Source: Candidatus Xenobia bacterium (GTDB taxonomy: Bacteria > Vulcanimicrobiota > Xenobia > Xenobiales > QWHO01). From it: a stretch of DNA of 64,000 nucleotides. Shown here one piece after another: positions 33,366 through 43,938 of this stretch. Made by a program: the position numbers and the translations under genes. The notes under the pieces are model-generated. The model saw only the letters and a program-made list of their open reading frames with translations. It ran no database searches and was not told the DNA's origin. The stretch is taken from positions 58,878 through 122,877 of the forward strand of contig BTUM01000014.1 in the NCBI GenBank assembly GCA_045863235.1, given 5' to 3'. Within the stretch, counting starts at the first letter, position 1. Every line of letters starts with the position of its first letter.

Positions 33366-33783
33366 GCACCGTAAGGTCCCACGACTCTCGCCCCGGGAGG
33401 GAAGCGCCGGAAGGCGTTATCGGGTATACTGATGATCGTGCACACTGCAAGTTCGTCCTACCCTCAAGGGTGCGCGGTCGGAAAGCCTTGACACAGTTTC
33501 CGGACGCGCGACGCCCCACGTGTTGTGCTGAAAGTCCGGCCGCCTGCACATCTTGGGGTGGCGGAGGCGGGGGGAAGCCCCCCCGAAAGCCCGAGGACGC
33601 ACAGGGAGGCGGCCGCCGGACTTCCAGGAGCGCAGGCGACGTTGGTGGTGGAGGTCTCCTCCGACATCCCAGGGGGGTTGCGGCCGGGCTCCTGGGAACG
33701 AGCTTGGCGGACAGTGCACCAGAAGGTCGGATCCTTCACAACCGGATCCGTCCCACGGCCAAACCTGAGGGAGAGAACATCGC

Positions 33784-34452
33784 ATGGTAGAGCTCGAGGT
33801 GAACAAGACGACACAAGTTCTGATCGTCGACGACCATCGCATGGTTCGCGAGGGTCTGCGGGCTCTGCTCGCCTCCGAGGATGACATCGAGATTGTCGGA
33901 GAGGCCTCTAGCGGCGAGGAGGCGCTCGAACGGGTCCGAGAGCTGATGCCGGACGTCGTGGTGATGGACCTGCAAATGCCTGGCATCGGAGGACTGGAAG
34001 CCATTCGCCGGGTCAAGGACCTCTCCCCGGCCACCTCCATCGTGGTCCTCACCGTTGACAACGCCGAGCTGGTTCTACTGGAAGCGATCCGAGCCGGAGC
34101 AGCCGGTTACGTGCTCAAGGATGCCTCGGCCGAGCTCTTGCTCCAGTCCATCCGGCTGATCAAGGAAGGCGGCACGCTGTTGCCCAACGACCTTCTGGTC
34201 AAGGCGCTGCGCGGCGTGACGATTCGCGGACCGCGCCAGGACCGGCCCCCGGAGTTCGAGCAGCTGACCCCTCGCGAGCAGGAGGTGCTGCTACTGGTAG
34301 CCCGGGGAATGGGCAACCAGGAGATCGCCGAGTCGCTCAGCCTCTCCAAGGTCACCGCCAAGAAGTACGTGCACAATATCTTGCGCAAACTGCAAGTTTC
34401 CGACCGTACCCAGGCAGCTCTGATGGCTGTGCGGCTGGGCTTGACCGACTGA
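33784..34452 (+). CDS. NarL/LuxR-family response regulator
   Basis: VDDH, MDLQMP, GYVLK, LTPREQEVL, HTH. Confidence 0.95.
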   Translation: MVELEVNKTTQVLIVDDHRMVREGLRALLASEDDIEIVGEASSGEEALERVRELMPDVVVMDLQMPGIGGLEAIRRVKDLSPATSIVVLTVDNAELVLLEAIRAGAAGYVLKDASAELLLQSIRLIKEGGTLLPNDLLVKALRGVTIRGPRQDRPPEFEQLTPREQEVLLLVARGMGNQEIAESLSLSKVTAKKYVHNILRKLQVSDRTQAALMAVRLGLTD

Positions 34453-34522
34453 ACTTCCAGGGCGAGCTTTCTCCCCCACCGCCACCCATGGATCCCAAGG
34501 GTTCCCCTCATTGACCCCAAGG

Positions 34523-34531
34523 TGATATAAT
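34523..34531 (+). promoter_or_regulatory. Extended -10 promoter of the second pilin cluster
   Basis: TGA-TATAAT about 30 nt before ATG 34563. Confidence 0.6.
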
Positions 34532-34562
34532 CGGGCTCAACTGAGTAACCCAAGGGGGATCC

Positions 34563-34994
34563 ATGAGAGTCCGAAAGCGCGGATTCAGCCTGATTGAAGT
34601 GCTGATCGCCATGGTTGTCCTGGCCGTCGCCTTCCTGGCGCTGATTCAAATCTTTCCCAGTGCCTACCTGACGGTCTATCGAAGTAAGGACCAGCTGGTG
34701 GCCGTGCAACTGGCCCAATGCTACATGGACGAGACCCGGGCCATACCCTACGGGCAGATGGCCTCCTCGGCCCAGTACGACATCCCCGTCGAAAGTGTCA
34801 TGAACGACGTGACCACCAGGGTGACCTACCACGTGGTGGTGGATGTGTCGCCCGCCTCGCCCGCCGGAGTCCCCCTGGCCGATTCCGATCTGGCTCGCAT
34901 CCGGGTTTCGGTGCAGTGGCCCCAGAAGAGCGCCTCGGGCTTCGTGATGCTGCGCAGTGTGCGGGCCGAGTCGAGCCGGCTGAGAGATTCTTGA
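34563..34994 (+). CDS. Minor pilin (PilV-like)
   Basis: RKRG|FSLIEVLIAM; IRVSVQW. Confidence 0.88.
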   Translation: MRVRKRGFSLIEVLIAMVVLAVAFLALIQIFPSAYLTVYRSKDQLVAVQLAQCYMDETRAIPYGQMASSAQYDIPVESVMNDVTTRVTYHVVVDVSPASPAGVPLADSDLARIRVSVQWPQKSASGFVMLRSVRAESSRLRDS

Positions 34995-34995
34995 G

Positions 34996-35739
34996 ATGAG
35001 GAAAAGAACCGGTTTCTCGCTCATCGAGCTGGCCATCTACAGCTCCCTGGTCCTGATGCTGATGGCCATCATCATCCCGATGTACCTGGCCTGTCGTCGC
35101 TACTTCGAGATCTCCAGGGCCTCCGTCGGGGTTCAACAGGCGGCCAACCTGGCCGCCTACCGACTCAATCTCGAACTGATGGAGAGCAGCCCTTCCTCGG
35201 TGGAATTCTATCCTCGGCCCAGCGACCCGAGCGCGCCTGTAGGGGTGGTGTTCTTGTCGGCGCGGGGCAACGATCGACACTTCACCATCGACCCGACGAC
35301 CGGAACTCCTTCGTGGCAGCGGGTGGTGGGCTACTACCTGGATACCGACCCCATGTACCCCACCAACTCGCAGGTGCGAGCGCTCTACCGGGCCGAGCTC
35401 GTCCCCAACGGCTTTCCTCGCAGCGACGGGGTCGCCCCTTCGACGCTCAACCCCAGAGTCACCACCGAAACGCTTCGGACCAATGGTATCAATCGAAGGC
35501 TGATCGCCCACGACGTGCTTGCTCCCGCCGCTGCGGGTGACCACGGTGGCTTCGATATGTTTGCCAGCGACCAGAATCCCTGGACGACGCCCGGATTCGT
35601 GCCCAATTATGCCAACTCGGGCCCGCGCGTCTATCTGCGCATGAGAATGTTCAACAACACCTCGGGAGTGGCCAGCGTGTCCACTCGCCGAGTCGTCAAC
35701 CAGGTCGAGACGCGCAGCTCGATCTTCATTCGCGGCTGA
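34996..35739 (+). CDS. Minor pilin (PilW-like)
   Basis: RKRTG|FSLIELAI. Confidence 0.85.
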   Translation: MRKRTGFSLIELAIYSSLVLMLMAIIIPMYLACRRYFEISRASVGVQQAANLAAYRLNLELMESSPSSVEFYPRPSDPSAPVGVVFLSARGNDRHFTIDPTTGTPSWQRVVGYYLDTDPMYPTNSQVRALYRAELVPNGFPRSDGVAPSTLNPRVTTETLRTNGINRRLIAHDVLAPAAAGDHGGFDMFASDQNPWTTPGFVPNYANSGPRVYLRMRMFNNTSGVASVSTRRVVNQVETRSSIFIRG

Positions 35740-35755
35740 CCGGAGGGCCACAGAA

Positions 35756-37102
35756 ATGACAAGATCGCGTGGAATTGCACTGGCGATGACCCTGGTGGTC
35801 ATCCTGGTGATCTCGGTGGTGGCGGGAGCCATCGTGCTGCTCGGCGTGAGCAACCAGGCCCAGATCGGGCAGAACCAGCAGGAGACCTTGCTCCTGCACA
35901 TCGCCGATGGGGGTGTGCACGAGGCCATGGCAGCCATCTATGCCAACCCCGCCTACCAGTCGGACGGCTCGGGGCAGTACACCACCAACCTGGTCAACGC
36001 CAACTACTGGTGGACGTTTAACAACAACGGCACGGGGCCCTGGTGCGTGAACAACATGAACGGGACCACCACAGTGAATGGCCCGAGCCCGGCTGGGGGC
36101 ACCCCGGTCCAGGTCCCCCCGGGCACCGCCTTCATCGTGGTGAGCGCCTCAGCCGGTGGAGTTAACGGGCCGGCTCCGGTGCGGGTGGCTTCCATCGTGA
36201 CCAGCGTCTATCCCTACGGCATGGCTTCAGACGGAAAGATCCTGATCAACGCCTTCCGGGGCGCAAACGCTCCCGGCTCGATCCGATCCAACCTGGTCGG
36301 CGGCAATCCCAACATCGACATTCGCACCACCCTGAGCGGCACGGCGATCTCGCGCGACGGGGAAGGCAGTATCACCGGCACCGGGGGAACCAAGCTGTTC
36401 AACCAGCCCCCGGTCGGCATTCCCAACATCCCGATCGATCAGATCGTGGCCAGTTGGGGCAGGACCACCGGTCCCTATCCCCACGGCGGGCCAGCCACCT
36501 ACCGGGTGAACAGCTCGGTCGACTTCAGCGGCAACCCGCCCAACCGGATCATCCTCGGGCCGCCGGTCAACCAGACCGTCAACGCTCCCCCTCCCGGACA
36601 GGAGGTCACGATTTACGTGGACGGCAACCTGACCTTGCAACATGCCACCCTCCCTAAAGGGGTGCACCTCTTCGTCAGAGGCGACCTGCGCTCCAACGGC
36701 CAGCTCGAAACGGTCAACTCGGCACCCGTTCAGCCCCATCCCTCGGCCCAGATCGATCCCAACTCGAACTATGTCTTCGTGGGAGGCAGCACCACCACCA
36801 ACGGAGCCAGCGGCCCCAACCTGATGCTCTTCTCCACGGGAGACATTCGCTACAACGGCAACACCACCGGTCTGACCGGTTTCATGTATGTCCGCAACGG
36901 CAACATGACTTTGAACGGTCGGGGAACCTTTCAAGGAATCGCTCTGGTGAGAACCAATCCCGGCTCGACCAACGGGAACGTCACGGCACGGAACGTCGAA
37001 GTGATCTTTGACCCTACCAGACTGCCCGAGATGGTCCCCTTCGGGGTCAACATCCCCACCCCCATGCGAGCCCTATCGTGGTGGGTGTGGAGCCGGAAGT
37101 AG
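35756..37102 (+). CDS. Large minor pilin (PilX-like), Asn/Gly/Pro-rich adhesin-like body
   Basis: RSRG|IALAMTLVV lacking Glu5; IADGGV; IYVDGNL-type repeats. Confidence 0.82.
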   Translation: MTRSRGIALAMTLVVILVISVVAGAIVLLGVSNQAQIGQNQQETLLLHIADGGVHEAMAAIYANPAYQSDGSGQYTTNLVNANYWWTFNNNGTGPWCVNNMNGTTTVNGPSPAGGTPVQVPPGTAFIVVSASAGGVNGPAPVRVASIVTSVYPYGMASDGKILINAFRGANAPGSIRSNLVGGNPNIDIRTTLSGTAISRDGEGSITGTGGTKLFNQPPVGIPNIPIDQIVASWGRTTGPYPHGGPATYRVNSSVDFSGNPPNRIILGPPVNQTVNAPPPGQEVTIYVDGNLTLQHATLPKGVHLFVRGDLRSNGQLETVNSAPVQPHPSAQIDPNSNYVFVGGSTTTNGASGPNLMLFSTGDIRYNGNTTGLTGFMYVRNGNMTLNGRGTFQGIALVRTNPGSTNGNVTARNVEVIFDPTRLPEMVPFGVNIPTPMRALSWWVWSRK

Positions 37103-37114
37103 CCCCCGAAGGAT

Positions 37115-37151
37115 AAAACAAAAAAAGGCCCCCGCGGGGAGAGCGGGGGCC
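37115..37151 (-). terminator. Rho-independent terminator of hsp20
   Basis: GGCCCCCGC/GCGGGGGCC stem preceded by an A-run (U-tract on the minus strand). Confidence 0.8.
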
Positions 37152-37174
37152 CGGTCAACCGCCAGGGGAGGTTT

Positions 37175-37585
37175 TCAGTTGACCTTGATGCTGCGCGGCT
37201 TGACGGCTTCCTGCTTGGGGAGGGTCAGGGTCAATACGCCGTCGAGGTATTCAGCTTTGGCGCGATCCGTATCAACCGGGAACGGCAGTTTGAAGCTGCG
37301 AGTCACCTGCCCGAAGGCCCGCTCCCGCAACAGGTAGCGAGTGCCCTCCGGGTGGCCGTTGCTCTGCGGCAGCTCGGCCTTGATGCTCAGAATCTCGTTC
37401 TGATAGTTGATGTCAAACTTCTCCTTGCTTCCACCCGGAAACGATGCCCGGACGATCAGCTCGTCGGGGGTCTCCAGGACGTCGATGGGCATCAGCAGAG
37501 CTTGACCGCCGTTGCGATAGTTGTCCTCAAACATCTTGTTTACCGCATCGCGCAGGCTGGCGGGCTCCCACAAGGTCAGTGCCAT
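37175..37585 (-). CDS. Small heat shock protein (Hsp20/alpha-crystallin)
   Basis: PIDVLET, ERAFGQVTRSFKLP, AEYLDGVLTLTLPK; SD AAGGAGG before ATG 37585. Confidence 0.93.
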   Translation of the reverse strand: MALTLWEPASLRDAVNKMFEDNYRNGGQALLMPIDVLETPDELIVRASFPGGSKEKFDINYQNEILSIKAELPQSNGHPEGTRYLLRERAFGQVTRSFKLPFPVDTDRAKAEYLDGVLTLTLPKQEAVKPRSIKVN

Positions 37586-37620
37586 TTTCGATTTCCTCCT
37601 TGGAATTGGCTTCGAGAACA

Positions 37621-37675
37621 ATCTTAACTGGAACTCGTTAGAGCCCCGCAAGAGGGGAGTTAGATCTGAGTTAGA
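37621..37675 (-). promoter_or_regulatory. hsp20 promoter with 11-bp-phased TCTAAC repeats
   Basis: GTTAGA at 37637, 37659 and 37670; -10 TAAGAT (minus) at 37621-37626. Confidence 0.55.
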
Positions 37676-37687
37676 GAACACGAGTGC

Positions 37688-39223
37688 GTGGATGAATCCC
37701 CCACCCTGAAACTCTCCCTCGAGCTCGGCGACAGCCCCGAGTCGCTGCGAGCCTTGCAAGAGCTGCTCACCACCGTGGTGCAGGCGGCCGGGGGCCAGGC
37801 CGGGGTGATCGCCACGGTGGGCAACGGCTCGGCCGTCTATGGCCTGGACGAGACGACCAGCCGGGCTCTGGCCCCTATCTTGGAGCAAGCCGCCCGGGGC
37901 GTGTCCCAACACGGCACCAATCCAGGCCTGCTCCAGCGGGTGCAAGAGGAGGTGCGCCGGGCCGGCAACCTGAGCGACAACCTGGTCACCATCCCGGTGC
38001 GCACCCAGGGCCAGACCATCGGCCTGTTCTGCCTGGTGCACCCCGACGACGCCCCCCGCCTGTTGAAGGAGTCGCCAGGCGTCTACAACCTTCGTATCGA
38101 CAAGCTCGAGCTGGTGATGGAGAACGCCCGACTCCTCGAGCGGCTGCTGCGCGAGCGCCGCTGGCTGGAAGCGGTGGTCAAGCACAGCTCGGACGGGGTG
38201 GTCATCTTGGACCGGGAGGGGCTGGTGGTGGGCTACAACCAGACCATCGCCCGCCTTTCGAGCTGGGAGGAAGGAGAAGCGGTCGGGATGCCCGGGCACG
38301 AGGCCTTCCCCGTCTCGCTCGACCCCCTCAACGTCTCCAGCAGCATGGCCCTGCGCCCGGTGTCCCAGTCGTTCGTCTACCAGACCACGGCCCCCGTGGA
38401 GGGCCGCCTGTTGACCCGCGACGGCCAGCTCGTCGACGTGGAGATGAGCGGCGCTGCCCTCTGGGCCGAAGACGGGACCTCGCTGGGCTGGGTGATGACC
38501 CTGCGCGACATCCGGGTGCGCAAGGAAACCGAGCGGCTGCAGAAGGTCTTCCTCTCGGCTGTCTCCCACGAGCTGCACACCCCCATCGCCATCATCAAGG
38601 GCTTCGCCGGCCTGCTCTCGGACCCCGAGATGAAGTGGACCCCCGAGCAGGCCCGCGACAAAGCCGGCATCATCCTCGAGGAGAGCCGGCGCCTGGAGGA
38701 GATGGTGGAGCAGATGCTCTACGCCACCCGCATTCAGGCCGGCAAGATCCTGCTGCAGAACGAGACCGTGGCCCTGGACCGGCTGCTCAAGCGCACCCTG
38801 CAGAAGCTCGAGCCCATGGCCGAACAGGCCGGCGTCACCCTGAGCCTGTTTCTGCCCAATGAGGTGCCGCCCGTGACGGGTGACCCCGAGCGCTTGCAGC
38901 AAGTGGTCATCAACCTGGTCGAGAACGCCTTCAAATACGCCCCGGAAGGCCAGGTCGAGGTGGCCGTGCACGTGCAGGAGCGCGAGGTGCTGGTGGAGGT
39001 GACCGACAGCGGACCGGGCGTCAAGGAAGAGGACAAAGAGCGCATCTTCACCCCCTTCGAGCGGGGAGCCGAGCACCTCAACACCCGCATCCGGGGCACC
39101 GGGCTCGGCCTGTACATCTGCAAAGCCATCGTGGAAGCGCACGGAGGCAGGATCGGAGTGGAAAGCCTGCCGAACGGGGGGCGATTCTTTTTCACCATTC
39201 CCCGAGAAGAGTATCGACGATGA
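37688..39223 (+). CDS. Cytoplasmic PAS sensor histidine kinase (HisKA)
   Basis: PAS, SHELHTP, NLVENAFKY, DSGPG, GTGLGL; no TM segment. Confidence 0.93.
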   Translation: MDESPTLKLSLELGDSPESLRALQELLTTVVQAAGGQAGVIATVGNGSAVYGLDETTSRALAPILEQAARGVSQHGTNPGLLQRVQEEVRRAGNLSDNLVTIPVRTQGQTIGLFCLVHPDDAPRLLKESPGVYNLRIDKLELVMENARLLERLLRERRWLEAVVKHSSDGVVILDREGLVVGYNQTIARLSSWEEGEAVGMPGHEAFPVSLDPLNVSSSMALRPVSQSFVYQTTAPVEGRLLTRDGQLVDVEMSGAALWAEDGTSLGWVMTLRDIRVRKETERLQKVFLSAVSHELHTPIAIIKGFAGLLSDPEMKWTPEQARDKAGIILEESRRLEEMVEQMLYATRIQAGKILLQNETVALDRLLKRTLQKLEPMAEQAGVTLSLFLPNEVPPVTGDPERLQQVVINLVENAFKYAPEGQVEVAVHVQEREVLVEVTDSGPGVKEEDKERIFTPFERGAEHLNTRIRGTGLGLYICKAIVEAHGGRIGVESLPNGGRFFFTIPREEYRR

Positions 39224-39942
39224 GCGACGATTTCAGAGGCCGAAGAATTCTGGTGGTCGAGGACGAGCCCCACATGCTCGACCTGATTCGCATCACCTTG
39301 GAGCAGGCCGGGTTCGTGGTCTCCGGCGCCACCACCGGGCGCGAGGGCATCGAGCGACTGCGCGAGGAGATTCCCGACCTGGTGCTGCTCGACCTCAACT
39401 TGCCCGATACGACGGGCTTTGAGGTGCTGCGCGAGGTGCGCAACGCCGCCCCGGTGCCGGTGATCATGCTGACGGTGCAGGCGCGCGAGGAAGACCGGGT
39501 GCTGGGCCTGGAGCTGGGGGCCGACGACTACATCGGCAAGCCCTTCGGCCACCGCGAGCTGGTCAGCCGCATCAAGGCCGTGTTGCGGCGCACCGAGATG
39601 CCAGCCCCGGTGACCCGGGGCATCGTCAAGGTGGACGACGAGCTCGAGGTGGACCTCGACCACCGCCAGGCCATCGTGCGCGGCGAAAGGGTCCACCTGC
39701 GGCCCACCGAGTTCAAGCTGCTGCACCACTTCCTCAACCAGCCCGGCCGACTCTTGACGCACGAGTCCCTCTTGAGCCGGGTGTGGGGCCCGGAGTACCG
39801 CGACGACACCCAGATCCTGCGTCTCTACGTCACCTACCTTCGCAAGAAGCTCGAGCGCGATCCAGCCCATCCGCGCTACATCACCAACGAGCGCGGACTG
39901 GGCTACCGATTTGTGGACTACACCAACAATCAGGGGAGCTGA
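39220..39942 (+). CDS. OmpR/PhoB-family response regulator
   Basis: VEDE, LDLNLP, GADDYIGKPF, winged helix LRKKLE...GLGYRF. Confidence 0.95.
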   Translation: MSDDFRGRRILVVEDEPHMLDLIRITLEQAGFVVSGATTGREGIERLREEIPDLVLLDLNLPDTTGFEVLREVRNAAPVPVIMLTVQAREEDRVLGLELGADDYIGKPFGHRELVSRIKAVLRRTEMPAPVTRGIVKVDDELEVDLDHRQAIVRGERVHLRPTEFKLLHHFLNQPGRLLTHESLLSRVWGPEYRDDTQILRLYVTYLRKKLERDPAHPRYITNERGLGYRFVDYTNNQGS

Positions 39943-39948
39943 AACCCG

Positions 39949-41338
<1,390 letters not shown>

Positions 41339-41355
<17 letters not shown>

Positions 41356-42643
41356 CCTCACCTACCACCAGGGTCGCTTTCACAGCGGCCTGGTGGTGGA
41401 GATCGAGGACGGCCTGATCGCCTCGGTTGCGCCTGGCTCGGATGGCCAGCGCCTGGCCGGTCAGGCGCTGGTGCCGGGCGCCGTCAACGCCCACAGCCAC
41501 ACCTTCCAGAGGGCCATTCGCGGGCGCACCGAGTACCGCGTGCTGGGCCGAGAAGACTTCTGGACCTGGCGCGAGCGGATGTATCACGCCGCCAACGCCC
41601 TCAGCCCGGAGGAGATAGAGCTGGTGGCTCGCCTGTGCTTCGTGGAGATGCTGCAGGCCGGCACCACCAGCGTGGGCGAGTTCCATTACCTGCACCACAA
41701 TCCCGACGGCACGCCCTACGACAACCCCGACGAGCTGGCCCTGCGCATTCAGGCGGCGGCCGAGTGGGCCGGCATCCACCTGGTTCTCTTGCGCTGCGGC
41801 TATGCCCGGGCCGGCTTCGAGCGAGAGGCCAATCCGCTCCAGCGGCGCTTCATCGACCCCGATCCTGACTTCGGCCTGGCCGCCGTGACCCGGCTCAAAG
41901 CCCGGGGCCTTGCGGTAGGACTGGCGCCCCACAGCTTGCGGGCGGTTCCCTTCGACTGGTTCCGCCGCTGGGCCGAGTATGCCCGCAGCCGCCAGCTGCC
42001 GCTCCACATGCACGTGGCCGAGCAGCCACGCGAGGTGGAGGAGTGCCTGGCCGAGCACGGGGCCCGCCCCATCGAGCTGCTCGACCGCCACGGCTGGCTC
42101 GACGAGCGCTTCGTGGGGGTGCACGCCATTCACCTGACCGACGACGAGGTGGCCGCGCTGGGACGCTCGTTCGTGTGCTCGTGCCCCACCACCGAGCGCA
42201 ACCTGGGCGACGGCATCGTGCGGGCCGACGAGCTGATGGCAGTGGGCACGCGGATCTGTCTGGGGACCGACTCGCAGTGCCAGATCGACCCCTACGAGGA
42301 CGCCCGCCAGCTGGAGTACCACCTGCGCCTTCGAAAGCGCGAGCGGGCGGTGCTGGAGGCGTCCCGGCTCTGGTCGACGGTGCACGCTCACGGGGCGGCC
42401 AGCCTGGGGCTTGCGGCCGGGGCTATCGAGGCGGGCTTGCGGGCCGACCTGGTCGCGGTGGACCTCGAGGACAGCACCCTGGCCGGCAGCACGGTCGAGG
42501 ATCTGCCCGCGGCCATGCTGTTCGGCCTGGGAAGAAGCGCCATCCGCCAGGTCTGGGTGGGGGGCAGGGCCGCGCTCGACCCCGAGAAGGCTCGCCGGGC
42601 GGCCTGCGACTTTGCCCGGGTGATGGGCGTGCTGGTGAGCTGA
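41339..42643 (+). CDS. hutF: Formimidoylglutamate deiminase
   Basis: NAHSHTFQR, FWTWRERMY, EFHYLHH, APHSLRAV, HVAEQ, CPTTERNLGDG, GTDS. Confidence 0.9.
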
Positions 42644-42664
42644 AGCAGTTCCGGGGGGGACGAT

Positions 42665-43681
42665 ATGCGGAGATTTCGAACCTGGTTCAACTGGAAGAGG
42701 CGCCTGCTGGTCTGGCTGGGCATGCTGGTGCTGGTGGCGGGCCTGGTGGCCTGGATGGTGGTGATGCCAGGCAAGAGCCACCGGGGAGAGCTGGCCCCGC
42801 TGACGGCCGACGAGCAGGCCCTGGCAAGCGAGTTGGAAGCCCATGTGCGGGAGCTGGCCGAGACCATCGGGCCGCGCAACAACCACACCCTGGCCGCCCA
42901 GCAGGGGAAGACCTCCGAGCTGGACCGCGCCGCAGCTTACATCGAGGAGCGACTACCCGGTCCGGTGAGGCGCCAGAGCTACAAGACGGGTGGGCGAGAG
43001 TACGCCAACCTGGAGGCGCGGGTGGGCTCGGGGCCCGCGGTGGTCATCGTGGGAGCGCATTATGACAGCTACCCGGGCACCCCGGGGGCGGACGACAACG
43101 CCAGCGGGGTGGCGGCCCTGCTGGCCCTGGCCGCGCGAGTCAAAGACCCGGGGTGCGAGCTTCGCTTCGTGGCTTTCACCAACGAGGAGCCCTACTTCTT
43201 CCAGACCGAGGAGATGGGCAGCCTGGTCTATGCCCGCGAGTGCCGAAGCAAGAACGAGCCCGTCCGGGCCATGCTGAGCCTGGAGACCATGGGCTACTAC
43301 GACGAGCGGACCGGGAGCCAGCACTATCCGTTCCCGCTGGGGGTACTCTACCCCGACCGGGGCGACTTCGTTGCCTTCGTGGGCAACGTGAGCTCACGCG
43401 AGCTGGTGCACCGCTCGGTAGAGAGTTTCCGCCGCCAGGTCCGATTCCCGTGCGAGGGGGCCGCCCTGCCCTCGCGGCTGCCCGGTGTAGGCTGGTCGGA
43501 CCACTGGTCGTTCTGGCAGGTGGGCTATCCCGCGCTGATGGTCACCGACACGGCACCCTTTCGCAATCCGCACTACCACCAGATGGAGGATACTCCCGAC
43601 AAGCTCGATTACACCCGCATGGCCCGGGTGGTGGCGGGGCTGGAGTTGGTGCTGCGCGAGCTCTGCGGGGCCTCCAGGTGA
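42665..43681 (+). CDS. M28-family peptidase with N-terminal anchor
   Basis: GAHYDS, GADDNASG, NEE, SDH, YH. Confidence 0.88.
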   Translation: MRRFRTWFNWKRRLLVWLGMLVLVAGLVAWMVVMPGKSHRGELAPLTADEQALASELEAHVRELAETIGPRNNHTLAAQQGKTSELDRAAAYIEERLPGPVRRQSYKTGGREYANLEARVGSGPAVVIVGAHYDSYPGTPGADDNASGVAALLALAARVKDPGCELRFVAFTNEEPYFFQTEEMGSLVYARECRSKNEPVRAMLSLETMGYYDERTGSQHYPFPLGVLYPDRGDFVAFVGNVSSRELVHRSVESFRRQVRFPCEGAALPSRLPGVGWSDHWSFWQVGYPALMVTDTAPFRNPHYHQMEDTPDKLDYTRMARVVAGLELVLRELCGASR

Positions 43682-43938
43682 ACGCACGTCCAGCTCTTCC
43701 TTCATAACGACCCGCCAGGCTGATGGCGACTCATACAGGCTCCGAGATGCACGATCTCCGGTGATCGGACGAGCTCCCCTGCGGCGCCCCGATAGAGGTG
43801 CAGCCGCGTCAAAATCGCGCTTGAGCTTGACCGCGAGTGGACTTACGAAGACCAGTTGCCGCTACGAGAAGCGCCACCACGAAAACAAAGGCGGCGCTTG
43901 CTGAAGTAGACCGCCGGCTCGCCGGCGAAGGGCCTCCG

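Noticed and set aside
33525..33545. RNase P RNA-like GAAAGTCCGG
   Set aside because: Lacks the GAGG prefix and the 3' ACAGAA..CGGC conserved region.
33565..33610. c-di-GMP-I riboswitch-like string (GGGAAGCC..GAAA..GGACGCACAG)
   Set aside because: The stem around GAAA cannot pair and the downstream tetraloop-receptor stem is not recognisable.
37660..37690. CIRCE element at hsp20
   Set aside because: Only GCACTC of one arm is present; the second arm is absent.
37586..39142. 655-aa ORF fusing an N-terminal region to Hsp20
   Set aside because: Antisense shadow of the kinase gene; the real hsp20 starts at 37585 behind AAGGAGG.
43791..43938. Lysine riboswitch-like start GATAGAGGTGC before argE
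   Set aside because: The later conserved blocks (AGTA, GAAAGG, GCCGAA in the right order and spacing) are not found.
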